A stretch of DNA of 64,000 bases from Euglena gracilis (Eukaryota). The translations under genes and the position numbers were made by a program. This document shows, piece after piece, positions 25,401 through 36,999 of the stretch (position 1 is its first letter; every line of letters starts with the position of its first letter). The DNA is taken from assembly GCA_039621445.1 (NCBI GenBank), contig CP154954.1, positions 47,905,847 through 47,969,846 on the forward strand, written 5' to 3'. The notes under the pieces are model-generated. The model was given only the letters and a program-made list of their open reading frames with translations, did no database searches and was not told the origin of the DNA.

Positions 25401-25885
25401 ACTTAGCCACTGGGAGCAGCAATTGGCCGTAGATATCTTTTGGTGGAGGCGCCGTCCCAAAACCTGATGGTTTGCAAATTCCATTGCTTTCTCATGATTA
25501 TTGAAAAAAAAATCATGCTCTGTTGTAAATTTCTGAAAATCTTCGTTGATTTTTTTTCGAATCGGGGATTCTCCAAATGAAATCACATCACACCAAAAGT
25601 TGGCCTGAAGAGACCAGAAACATCCACCACCCACCAGCGAACAACCAAACCAACACCCAACACACACGTTTGGAAAGAGGCGGCATCCTGTCTGTGCACC
25701 AACCAAAAAAAGAGCCCGTTAAAAAGCCATCAAACCAGGGTGGTGAGTTTGGATGAATCCGAGGGGGTCTATGTGGGGGCGGCGGACAGGTGTACGATGG
25801 CCTTCTTGAGGGCCTTCGAGGTGGTGGGGAGCAACTTCGCAGCCACTGTGGGGCTGGTGACGGTGTTGTCGTCATATGTCGCTGG
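19477..25885 (-). CDS. Multi-pass membrane protein, paralog B (multi-exon; may extend to ~26.7 kb)
   Basis: Exons align in order with paralog A: AIALTVSIQIGLLGLVAASI; IALAVVYLCIITTDLQNATVMFRLVDVI; IQYGTGIGVLWLSFLVISASTDTIS|TISNALVVTFVLQVDDYMGQLLHAQ|DIHRQLERI; VFLNVFLYY; LLPTVIFAVCLF...VIHGMS|MMLPLIRH. Confidence 0.85.
20612..20698. mobile_element. Small inverted-repeat element (AATAAGACC motif)
   Basis: Perfect 15-bp IR CCAAAAATAAGACCC / GGGTCTTATTTTTGG with internal TAAGACC repeats. Related motifs at ~46750-47060. Confidence 0.5.
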
Positions 25886-25938
25886 CTGGGCGGTTGTTGG
25901 GGACTCCAAAATGTTCACCCACACACAGACTCTTGCAC

Positions 25939-26262
25939 CAGGGGGGGGGAAATGCAACTTGGCCCTTCAAATTATGCAAGTTAAAAAATGCGCGCACCTG
26001 CAACTTGCATGAAAACCTTGAGAAAAAGCTGGAATATGACAGAGCTTTGCTGCCTAAAATCAAAAAAATTTTCCAGGGCAAAATATTTTACGCAAAAAAG
26101 CGCAAAAAAAATGCAAAAAAATCCAAACATACGGCAACCAACTACAAATTTTTTTTCCAGGGCAAAATATTTTATGCAAAAAAAATGCAAAAAAATGCAA
26201 ATTTCGGGAAAACCTGATTATGCAAAAAATGCAAATTATGCAAGTTGCATTCCCCCCCCCTG
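25939..26262. mobile_element. CAGGG-TIR MITE with 7-bp TSD
   Basis: TIR CAG(G)nAAATGCAACTTG / CAAGTTGCATT(C)nTG. CTTGCAC on both sides. Internal duplicated TTCCAGGGCAAAATATTTTA segment. Confidence 0.8.
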
Positions 26263-27934
26263 CTTGCACCCACCTACCAGCACAGCAACGCACCCGCACC
26301 AGCAATCTCTGGAATGATAAATGACGTTGCGACGTGTCATTGTTCAACCAACCCCCTGAATCACCCACTCACTCCAGACACGCTCATCCGCACAAGCAAA
26401 TGAACACACAGCACACAACACACGGACAAACGAACAAACACAACACAACACAACACAAATACACACGCACACATTCGCATGCACTCACGCAATATATGTC
26501 AACCGTCAAATATACCCACAAGGAACATCTCATTATTTTGCAGGTATTTTGGTGCCAATCTGGGCTGTCCCCAATCGAAGCGGTATGTGCCATAGGCAAG
26601 CGTTTTGAATGTCAGAAAACGAGACCATTTACCGCCGCCCAGGGCTGGCTGGCCACGCGGTACGGCTCTCCCCCTGGCTTGGCCAACATCGGATCATAAA
26701 CGCTGCGGAGAAGAGCAGCAATGCAGAGCAGTAAAGAGGTCGATCATATCGGCGTGCTGAATCCCAGCGCTTGGCTTCACTTCCATGAGATTGATTGACA
26801 TTTTTCAAATCGGGAAGGCACTTTGCAAGGGAGACCTCGGTCTGTGTTTCAGAATGCGTCCGTAGTGACATCCGCAGCAGTGGATGATACAGCAACGAGC
26901 ATGGGAAATATATGGCCGTGGTGGCATAATAAGATGTGCAGAAATGTAGGCAACCCTGTGGCATGGGGAACTGTGATGGGGTCAAACTGTTAAAGGTCAG
27001 AGGGGTCATCCGCCGCACACAGCAGCTGTGATGCCTGCCTGCCAGAAAACCCCAGGCAAAGGTCAGGCCAAGGGAGGAGCGGTTTGCAGAAGGAGTAGCA
27101 GTGGCAGCTCCCAGCGGGCAGATGTCGTAAAAGGCTTTAATGGTGGGTGTACCCCAGGCTGGTTCCACGTGATGCAAGGGTCATTAAGGGCAGGTTGACT
27201 GAGCCGTTGGCAAGAAATGTCTCCGGATCCCAGAAGCATCCAGAATTCCCCTCACAGCATTTCTCAGGCTGCCCCCCCTACACGTTTTCATGCTGGCTAT
27301 TCTATCCATGCTCCATGTCTTACGGACGTGACATCAATCTGGCTGTTTCCCCACGCAGAAGAACAGAAGCAGATGACGATGGTGATGGTTGTGCACCAAA
27401 AACTGACGATGCATTCCAATTAAAGAAAAATATGCATTTTGAGGGATAACGCATGCTGAATGCTGCCAAAAAAAAAACGGATTGCAGGCTAATGGTCGAT
27501 TAGATTAGAGGACCATCTTGTGCTACCACATCATCAGGTACATCGAGTTCTTAAATATTGTTCCAAGAAATTGTTCTTTGGGCAGTCAGCTGCAGCTCGT
27601 TGGGGGGCACTGGATGCCATCAGGACAGGCCGGCCTCCATGACAGCGAAAGGCCAGGCACAGGGTCCATTGAAGGGTGGTAAAGTTGTGGCCCCCCGACC
27701 CCCCCCCATCAAAGTGGGGGTCAACCACCTGAAAGTGGGATGGCCAAAACGATCGTTTTCTGTTCGTTCAAGGTGGCTGGCTGGAAGATCCCCCCCAATG
27801 CCAAAAACACGATGGAAATTTTTGGATAAAAATGCTAAAAAAATTTCGGTGCCAAGCGCCGGAAGGAAAGGTTTGAGTTTTGAGGTTTGAGTGACTCCCA
27901 AAACTGTGCCCCTTTGGACACCTCGCACCTGAAC

Positions 27935-28047
<113 letters not shown>

Positions 28048-28332
28048 CACTCAGGCAGTGGAAGGTGAAGGTGGTGCAGCGTCTCCAGGGTAACAGGACG
28101 CTGCAGGAGGAAGGGCAGGGTCGATGGCACCCACGATGAAAACGTCTCCCAGACCCCATCGCTCCGCATATGCTCAGTGGGCTAGGCCAGGGGAGGGCTG
28201 CGAGGTAGGATGGGACCACCATTGCACCTTGAAAGGAAAACATTCAACGGCACCGAAATCTGTGTCTGTGTGTTGTGTGTGCTGTGTGATGGGCGTGCTG
28301 GGTGTGCGTGTGTGCGCGCGCGCATGTGCATG

Positions 28333-28444
<112 letters not shown>

Positions 28445-30669
28445 AGGTGGGTAGGTGCATGTGTGGGTGGGTGGGTGGGTGGGTGGGTGTGTGGGGGCAG
28501 GTGTGGGTGTGTGGGTGTGGGTGGCGGATGGGTGGGGGTGTGGGGAGGTGGAATGCGCTTACAGGCACACAGCATTAACCATCCCAGTCAACCTCAGTTG
28601 GACCACAAGAAAAACTCCAAAGAAAGCCACTGCTGGACACACCCACAAGAGAAGGGATGGACACATATGCTAAACATTTTCATTCAAATTTTTGGAGTGT
28701 TTCTTCGCATTTAGTTCTAAGTAGACCCCTGAGGATCATTCCACAGGCTCGGCTTACCAGCATCGAATCGTTGGCGAACCAAAAGAGTGGCGGGACCACC
28801 CAAGCGCAATTGTGCAATGGCTGCCTCTCGATACAAAAGGCAATGCAGCAGGTGAGAGTGTGAGAAGAGGGCGAGGCTGGATCAGGGACGGTGCATGTGT
28901 CGGAGGCGGACGGCGGTCAGCGGGCCAGCGGCTGCCGCTCCTGCCCCCACGGCTGCGGCTCCACCTCCAGCTGAGGCAGAGAGGGGAGGGCGACGGCGGG
29001 GGCCAAGCACCTATGGCCAGAATCCCAGATTCAGCCACGGCAAGACACCCCCAGTCACGCCCAAACTACGCTCCGGGCCCGTCAAATCACCAAAGGAGGC
29101 TTACGAAACAATAAATAACTCAAAAAAATTTGTTTGGGTGCGCTTTTTGACCTTGTTATGTTCTGGGGGTATGGTTTGGGAGCTGGTTGAGGGTGAAGAT
29201 GCCTGTGAAAAGTTGTCGAAACAATCCTCTGATCCTGAATTTTTTGGACACAGTTCAAAACTGCAATTATGGCGTTTCAAAACTGTTATATTCTGCAATT
29301 TATCCACATTTAAAAGGTTCTCTCAGCCATCGTCAGTTCGAGGTTAAAGAGGTTTGGACCCCCCCAGCTCCCATTATATCCCAGGGGCTTGATAGGGGGG
29401 TTTCTGCAACATCGTCGTCCTAGGAGAAGGACGCTAGTATGAGTTCCAAAAGCCCAGGAGAGTGACATACATCCCAGTCAAATGTCCATTTTTTATAATC
29501 CGGCACCCCCCTCCCAAACCAAATAATTCCCCCCAAATAAAACCCACCAAATGCAAAAATCCAAGAATCACTCGCCTCACCCCAAATTTGACCCCACGCA
29601 ACCCGTAAAAACGACTGAAATCCAAAGATGAGACCGCTGATACTTTAGCATATTTGAGGCCCAGGAGTCATGTGGAATGTCTAGTTGGAGAGCAATCTCA
29701 CAATTAATGAAGTACTGGGAAATTGGGCGTTTGGGAACCCTGAAAACTCTTGGGGTCAAAGGTCGGTCAAAAAGACTCGAAAAATAGGATCGTTAGGATC
29801 GTCACCCCCCCCCCCTGGAGATTCCCACCAACCGACCCAAAGGTCCGACCCAGATCACAGTTTGGGGAGAGTTAAATCCCGTTTTATATTAACTGCGTTA
29901 ATCTGGTTCATTTTGTGTCACTTTGGGCTCATTTCATTCAGAATTGGTCAATTGGGCTATTTTTATGGATTATTCTGGGCCGCTTTTGGGCATTTTCCAA
30001 TTTTTCATTTCATTTACACCCCGAATTTTTTTCGCATAATCCTGCATAATGACGGGCTTTTGGGTCAATTTTGACCTTGAAAATTGTGCAGGATTATGCG
30101 GGATAATGCGGGCCAAAAATATTCCTACCATAATAATGCTCAATGGAAAATATGATTCAAGAATGACAAAACCTCTATTTTCTGAAACAAAAAACAGCTG
30201 CTTCTCAGGGCCTGTTCTTTTTGCATTCTCACAAAAAAAGCAAGTTATACGGGATTATGCGAGTCTGCAATTTCCCCTCGCCTGCCAGTGCGTAAATGCA
30301 ACTGGGTGAACCCGGTCACCATCTTCGCACGGTGAATCCAGCAAGGACATGAAGCACACTGCAAAGCTGGCCGGCCATCAAATGTTCGAACTTCATGTGT
30401 TCGATTTCCATCTTCATCCATCTTTTTTGTGCACATGGGTCTGGGGAGGCCTCAGCAAACCGATACCTTTGGGGCCTCGTTTACACCTCAGGGACCAAGC
30501 AAAGCAGCAGCCATGACAAGGAGGAAAAGAACGCAGGTCAAGTTTGGGGGCTAACTTCGAGGGGTATGTGCAAGGAGGAGAGTGGCAGCGAGTGGTCCTT
30601 GGGCAACGGGGGCACACAAATTCATCTTTCATTTCTGAGGCATGCATTGGCGGACCTGCCGGCCACACA

Positions 30670-32295
30670 CCTCGGGCTCCTGCTTCTCCAGGAGTCCCCA
30701 CACGAACCGGAGGAGACTGATGGCCAGCTTGATGCCGCACATCACGAGGTCCAGCAGCAGCGTGAAGAGGATGAAGTAGGCCACCATCCGCCAGATACCG
30801 TCTGTGCGAGGCGGAGAGAATAGTGCAGGGAATGAGAACCTCTCACATACAGAGAAAATGGCATAGCAGAGGTGATCGCACCCGTCCATCCGAAGAATGG
30901 ACTGATGGTGACAAAATTGGCTCTGTACACAGATTGGAAAAATATATGCATTTTGCAAATATTTTAAACATATATAAAAACATTGCATACATATAAAAAA
31001 CAATATATGCATATTATTTTATCGTTGACCCTATTTAATTTATTGAATTTACTAACATTGCACAAGTATTTGTATTTTTATAAATAGTTCAAAAATAAAT
31101 TCCTGCAGGGACTGGCAAACTCATTTTATGGCCAATATCTTGAGTTTGACGCAGATAACCAAATAATGACTGCCCTCAAGCCATAAAATAAACCCTGAGT
31201 TCTTAAATTATCATTTAATTGTTTACTCCACGTTCCTTTCAAAAACTTATACCCACCACTGCAACCAAAAGACAGCATTATTGGCACACATTATTGGCAA
31301 ACAGGCTTTTTTGACCCCCATTTGTCTGGCCTCAGAAGCATAACGTGGACAAGACCAAGCCCACACGAGGCGTCGCACGAACGTGCAGGCCGGAGGGCGG
31401 CACACACTGGGGCTGCCCATGTCCACGTCCGGCAGCCACGCCGGCAGCCACGACGTCCCGTCCTTGATCTTGACGCAGTAGTGGCTGTTCGCTGCGACAC
31501 AGCACTCCCGCTGCTTCGGGTGGCACGTCCATGTGGCCTTGAAATCTGGAGGGGGGCAGCGCAACTGAGCGCCTTCCGGACGTTGCTGGCCGGGGAATCC
31601 ACATATGGCAAGCAAAAAAAAAGGTTTGAAAATGAGAGACGACACAAAGGTACCATCCAAGCATGAAATAGAAGATGCACATACCCCACATCAGCAGAGG
31701 CTTTGAGGGGTCTGTTTGAGTTTTCGGTCCCATTGTATTAATGGGGAAGACATGAAGATGCACAAAAAAGCTATCGCTCGTCTCCCTCGTGCTGGGCTTT
31801 TGAAACCTCAACGACATCGAGTGTTGTCCCCTCCCATCCAAGAAAAAAACTGCACGTTCCAGTTTTCAAAACCTCCCAAAACCCTCCATCATTTTTTTTC
31901 TGCCGGTGCTGGCGGGGGGGGGTGGCCGTGCGCCACACTTTCGTTGGCGTGGTCCGGGCACGTCAGCAGCTGCAGCCCGCCGCCCACCGGGCCCGGGGGG
32001 AGGCCGAGGCACTTCTGGAACAGCTTGAACCAGGCTGTTTTTTTACCAACCCGGGGGGGGGGGGCGGTTCCGGAGTGCCTATGAGTGCCTGCCCAGACAG
32101 GCACCCCCCCCCCCGGGGTGGGGTCGGCACCCGAGTAAAATACGGCCTGGCTTGAACGCGCCGATGGTCGGGGAGTAATAGAACTGCTGGGCGGCGGTCT
32201 TGCTGCAGGACTTCGGGGCGACGTTGACGCGGTTCGGCAGGGCCTCCAGGCAGGCGGTGGAGGTGCCCTTCAGGTACTGCAGCAGGTACGGCCCT
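30670..32295 (-). CDS. Core exons of a membrane protein with a Cys-rich domain (gene extends on both sides)
   Basis: PYLLQYLKGTSTACLEALPNRVNVAPKSCSKTAAQQFYYSPTIGAFK|LFQKCLG...LLTCPDHANESVAH|DFKATWTCHPKQRECCVAANSHYCVKIKD|GIWRMVAYFILFTLLLDLVMCGIKLAISLLRFVWGLLEKQEPE. The last exon contains a TM-like stretch. Confidence 0.75.
32031..32149. mobile_element. 119-bp MITE with perfect 8-bp TSD, forming nonconventional intron 32026-32152
   Basis: TIR CAGGCTGTTTTTTTAC / GTAAAATACGGCCTG. GCTTGAAC at 32023-32030 and 32150-32157. Removal of the element plus 8 nt restores GAFK|LFQK. Confidence 0.9.
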
Positions 32296-33059
32296 GGGTT
32301 TGGAGGGGGGGGGGGGGCGTGGGGCGGTGGGGCCGGATTGTGTGCAGGGCCCACGGCCATTGTCCATTACTGATGGTCGGTGTGAGCGAGAGGACACAAT
32401 GCGAGGTGGGCGGGTGGGCGGGGCGAAGCCATAGCGGTTGCTGAGTCGGGGGCGGTGTTCACCTTTTGTCCAGGCTGCCGCTGTACCGTGCCGTGACCCC
32501 ACGGCACCGTGGGGGGGGGGCAGGCACACCCTGGTCGGAGCGCGGGGTGGGGCTCGGCTGCGCCGCTGCCAGATCACACAGCAGCAGGGATGGATGGGAA
32601 GCCTTGGGGGGGGGGTCGGACCCCCCCTGCCTCGAAACTGGGGGGGGGGGGGGGAAAATTTTTCGATTTCATGGACGGGCAAAGGGCCGGAAATCGGGTC
32701 AAAATCGGCCAAAAATCCCTGATTTTTCTTTGAAAATCGATCCAAAATTGCTCATTTTGAAATTTTTTGAACATTTATTTGGAAGAAAACACCAACACAT
32801 CAAAAAATGGGCAATATGTCCAAAAGTCAGCAAAAGGAGTGTTTTTGCTCAAGAAAATTTTCTGCTATTTTTGGCACCTGTCAAGCAGGTCCTGGGGGGT
32901 CCAGACGCCCCCTCCCAACATCTGGGGGGGGGGGTGGTCCGGACCAGGTTTTGAATAGTGCTGAGCTCTTGATAAGCGCTCACCCACCCCTTCATTGACA
33001 CCCCCATATAAACCGGCGCACTCCATGGAGCTCTGTTGACTGAAATGCAAAGGTTTTGT

Positions 33060-35395
33060 GCCCGAAACAGGGCGCCGGGGGGTGAAGAAACACTCATTTT
33101 TGGCTCAAAATACACCTTTTCCGGGTCTGGATAGCCCAAAAACAGCGCTTTGGGCGAAAAAATTTTTTTCGATTGTTTCGACTTTTTTTTACCCAAAAAT
33201 GACCGGAAGTGAGTGGGCGCTGGCCGGTCGAAAAACGCTCATTTTTCGGCCCAAAAACAGTTTTTCTGGGTCCGGGAGGCCCAAAAACATCGTTTCGGGC
33301 AAAAAAAATTTTCGACTTTTTTCGACTTTTGACCCGAAAATGTCCCACAATCAATGGGTTGGCAGCCCAAAACGGGGCACTGGCGGGTGGGTCGAAAAAC
33401 GCTCATTTTCAGCCCAGAAACAGTTTTTCTGGGTGCAGGAGGCCAAAAGACATCGTTTTGGGCCAAAAAAAAAGTTCGATTTTTTTCGACTTTTTTGACC
33501 CGAAATGACCCACAGTCAATAGGTTGGCGGCCCAAAACGGGGCGCTGGCGGGTGGGTCGAAAAACGCCCATTTTCGGCCCAAAAACAATTTTTCTGGGTT
33601 CGGGAGGCCCAAAAACATCGTTTCGGGCAAAAATGGTCATGATGGGCATCATGGGTCATGATGGCCATCGTGGGTCATGATGGCCATCATCGGTCATGAT
33701 GGCCATCATCGGTCATGATGGGCCTCATGGGTCATGATGGGCCTCATGGGTCATGATGGGCATCATGGGTCATGATGGGCATCATGGGTCATGATGGCCA
33801 TCGTGGGGTATGATGGCCATCATGGGTCATGATGGCCATCATGGGTCATGATGTGCCTCATGGGTCATGATGGGCCTCATGGGTCATGATGGGCCTCATG
33901 GGTCATGATGGCCATCATGGGTCATGCTGGGCATCATGGGTCATGCTGGCCATCATGGGTCATGCTGGCCATCATGGGTCATGATGGGCATCATGGGTCA
34001 TGATGGCCATCGTGGGTCATGATGGCCATCGTGGGTCATGATGGCCATCATGGGTCATGATGGCCATCATGGGTCATGCTGGCCATCATTGGTCATGCTG
34101 GCCATCATGGGTCATGATGGGAATCAAAACCCATGATTGGCATCATGGGTCATGATGCGCATCATGGGTCATGATGCGCATCATGGCCATCACAGGTCAT
34201 GATAGCCATAATGGTCGAAAAACGCCCATTTTCGGCTCGAAAACCCTTTTTCCGGGTCTGGAGAAGCATGGTTTTGGGGGGGAAATTTTTTCGATATTTT
34301 TCGCCTTTTTTGGCCGAAAACGGCTAAGCCCACCAGTGGAAAAAGTGTACAAAATGGCCAAAATCGGCCAAAAAAACGGCCATATCTCGGGCTACGCGAA
34401 CAGTTGCGGGGAAATCAAAATACCAGTAGATGGAGTGTTCCAAGGGCTTCAAATTAGGTCTCCGGACATTTCCTTTGATTTTGCTTCATTTGCAGAAAAT
34501 TTGAAAATATTGATTTTTGGCCGATTTTTGTCGGACAGTGGGAAAAGTGTACAAAATTGCCCGTTGGCCGAAAACGGACATATCTCGGGCCAGGCGGGGA
34601 GTTGCGGAGAAGTTGAAATACCAGCAGATGGGACGTTCCAAGGGCTTCAAATTAGGCCTCCGGACATTTCCTTTGACTTGGCTTCATTTTGGAGATATTT
34701 TGAAAATTGACATTTTTTTGGCCGAAATGGCAGAGTCCAAAAGGGGGCCAAAAAAACATCGTTTTGGGCCAAAAAAAAATGTTTTTCGATTTTTTTCGAT
34801 TTTATTGACCCGGTTTTGACCCAAAGTCAATGGGTTGGAGGCCCAAAACGGGGCGCCGGCGGGTCGAAAAACGCTCATTTTCGACTCAAAAACAGTTTTT
34901 CGGGTCCGGGAAGCATAAAAACATTGTTTTGGGCAAATTTTTTCTCGATTTCTTTCGATTTTTTTCGACTTTTTTGGCCGAAAAGTGTCAGACAGCGGAA
35001 AAAGTGTACAAAATGGCCCAAATTGGCCGAAAAAGGCCATAGCTCGGGCTAGGCGGGGAGTTGCGGGGAAATCAAAATACTCGCAGATGGGGCATTCCAA
35101 GGGCTTCAATTTAGGTCTCGGACATTTCCTTTGATTTTAGGTCATTTTCGATAAATTTTGAAAACATCGATTTTTTGACCCCCACCCCCCGAAAATGTCG
35201 GACAGTGGGAAAAGTGAACAAAACGGCCATCTGGGCAGAAAAAAGGCCGTATCTCGGGCGCGGAAATCAAAATACCAATCGATGGGGTGTTCCAAGGGCT
35301 TCAAATTAGGTCTCTGCACATTTCCTTTAATTTTGCTTCACTTTGGAGATATTATGAAAATCGACAGTTTTCGGCCGAAATGGCAGAGTCCAAAG
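33060..35395 (+). repeat. Compound satellite-like block of two interleaved ~165-200-bp units
   Basis: Unit A (GTCGAAAAACGCTCATTTTCGGCCCAAAAACAG...) at ~33065, 33215, 33370, 33535, 34215 and 34845. Unit B (AAAAGTGTACAAAAT...TTCCAAGGGCTTCAAATTAGG...) at ~34340, 34540, 35000 and 35210. Confidence 0.85.
33635..34205. repeat. 19-bp minisatellite (GGTCATGATGGCCATCATG)n, about 30 copies
   Basis: Direct inspection. The unit contains the 16-bp palindrome CATGATGGCCATCATG. Confidence 0.95.
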
Positions 35396-36999
35396 GGCTT
35401 ATCCAGGGGGGGGGGGCGATCCTACCCAGTTTAGACCCCCCCTCGACCCTCCCTCCCCCCGGGTCGGGGCCACCTGGAGAACGGACGGATTATCACCATG
35501 ATCCCGGCCCGGTTCCCGGAATTTTTTTTCCAGTCGCGAGCGATTTGATTTCTAGTTCCGAATCACCCGGGGTTGACCCCCAACTCCCCGCCAGGCCCGA
35601 GTTATTCATGCGCGAAGGGGGTTTCGCCAGGGGAAAGCTTCGCTCTTACCCATAAAGGGATAAGAGCTCAGCGACCCCCCCCCTACCACCTACCTCAATA
35701 CCGAAGGGCTTCTCATCCATCCCTGCACAGCAGGGCGAGGAGGAGGGCGAGGGCCGGGGATGCGGCAAGCATGGGGGGGCGTGGGGCCTGCGGAGAGGTT
35801 GTTGGGCAGCCCGAACGCAGGGATGGCCTCGGGCACGGATGGGGTCAGACCGCTGTTGACCAACTGCGCCGTTCGACTTCCAGAGGGCCAGCCAGGCAGC
35901 CCCGGGAAGCACGGGACACAACGAGGGGCAGCACCGGTGCAGGCGTGGCGGACCGATTTCCACGCGAGGGCATCCCCCAATCCATTGTCGGCAACGTTGA
36001 AAGGTGATGCAAAGAGGAATGCACCGAATCTACAACGGAGACCTGTTTTCGGTGGAATTTCAACAAATTTTTTTTCTTGGATTTCGTTTTGTGTGTTTCT
36101 CAAGCCGTGACGATGGCTAATCATTTTCCCGCATACCTGGGATGATGGGGTTCCATCAGGTGGCGAGCGCCATGGGGTAAGCACACAAATCCGAAGCAAA
36201 AAAAGGAAAAAGCCACTGTAAGCAAGGTAGTGCACATGGCGAAATCAAAAACCACACCACAAAAAAACTGGTTCGGCAGATAATTTGCACGTCCCACACT
36301 GCTTTTCACCCACAGAATGCAAAAAAAGCACCTCTCAGAAATCTATCAGGGTGGGCTCAAATTAGCCTCGATTTTAATTACGCCTTCAATTTCAAACATC
36401 ATTACTCATCCTGAAGCCAGCGGAACAGACACTAATACATGTGCCAGAAATGAAAACAAGCAGAAATTCAGTGTCATGCCAAGGAAATAAATGCAAGGAA
36501 AATGTGTCAAAATGGTTTTTGTCCTTTCCGAACAAAATCTGCAAATAGCGAGCACTAAACGCAGGAATTACGAAGATGTTTTCCTGTTGTTTCTTTGACT
36601 GCCTTAAAAAAGGATGGGGAATTCCAGATGATCCTTCAATGCAGCGGTTTCATTTCATAGCCCAAGTAATGAACCACACTCTCTTTTTCTTTACTTGGAT
36701 TCATTTAATGAATTCGGTTCAATCAAGGAGAAAATGTGACAAAATATCCACGGCATGTCCCAGTTGTCAGTGCCAGTTGCCAGTTGTCAGTTGTCAGTGC
36801 CCAGTCCCCTGATGTCCCCCTGTTCAAGTTCCCATCCACCCTGGGTATCCCTAGGTATCTCCCCACTGCATCAATCCCAGGGGCAGTGCTCAGAGGAATG
36901 GTCAAGTGAGGAGAGGTGGATGAGGGCTGAAAAGGTAATCAGACGGAGGTTGGCGAGGGAGGCAGAGCGGTAAATGCACAGAAGTGAGAGTGAGTCAGT

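Noticed and set aside
33635-34205. CATGATG match to the Drosophila P-element terminus
   Set aside because: A 7-bp match inside a tandem repeat is not informative.
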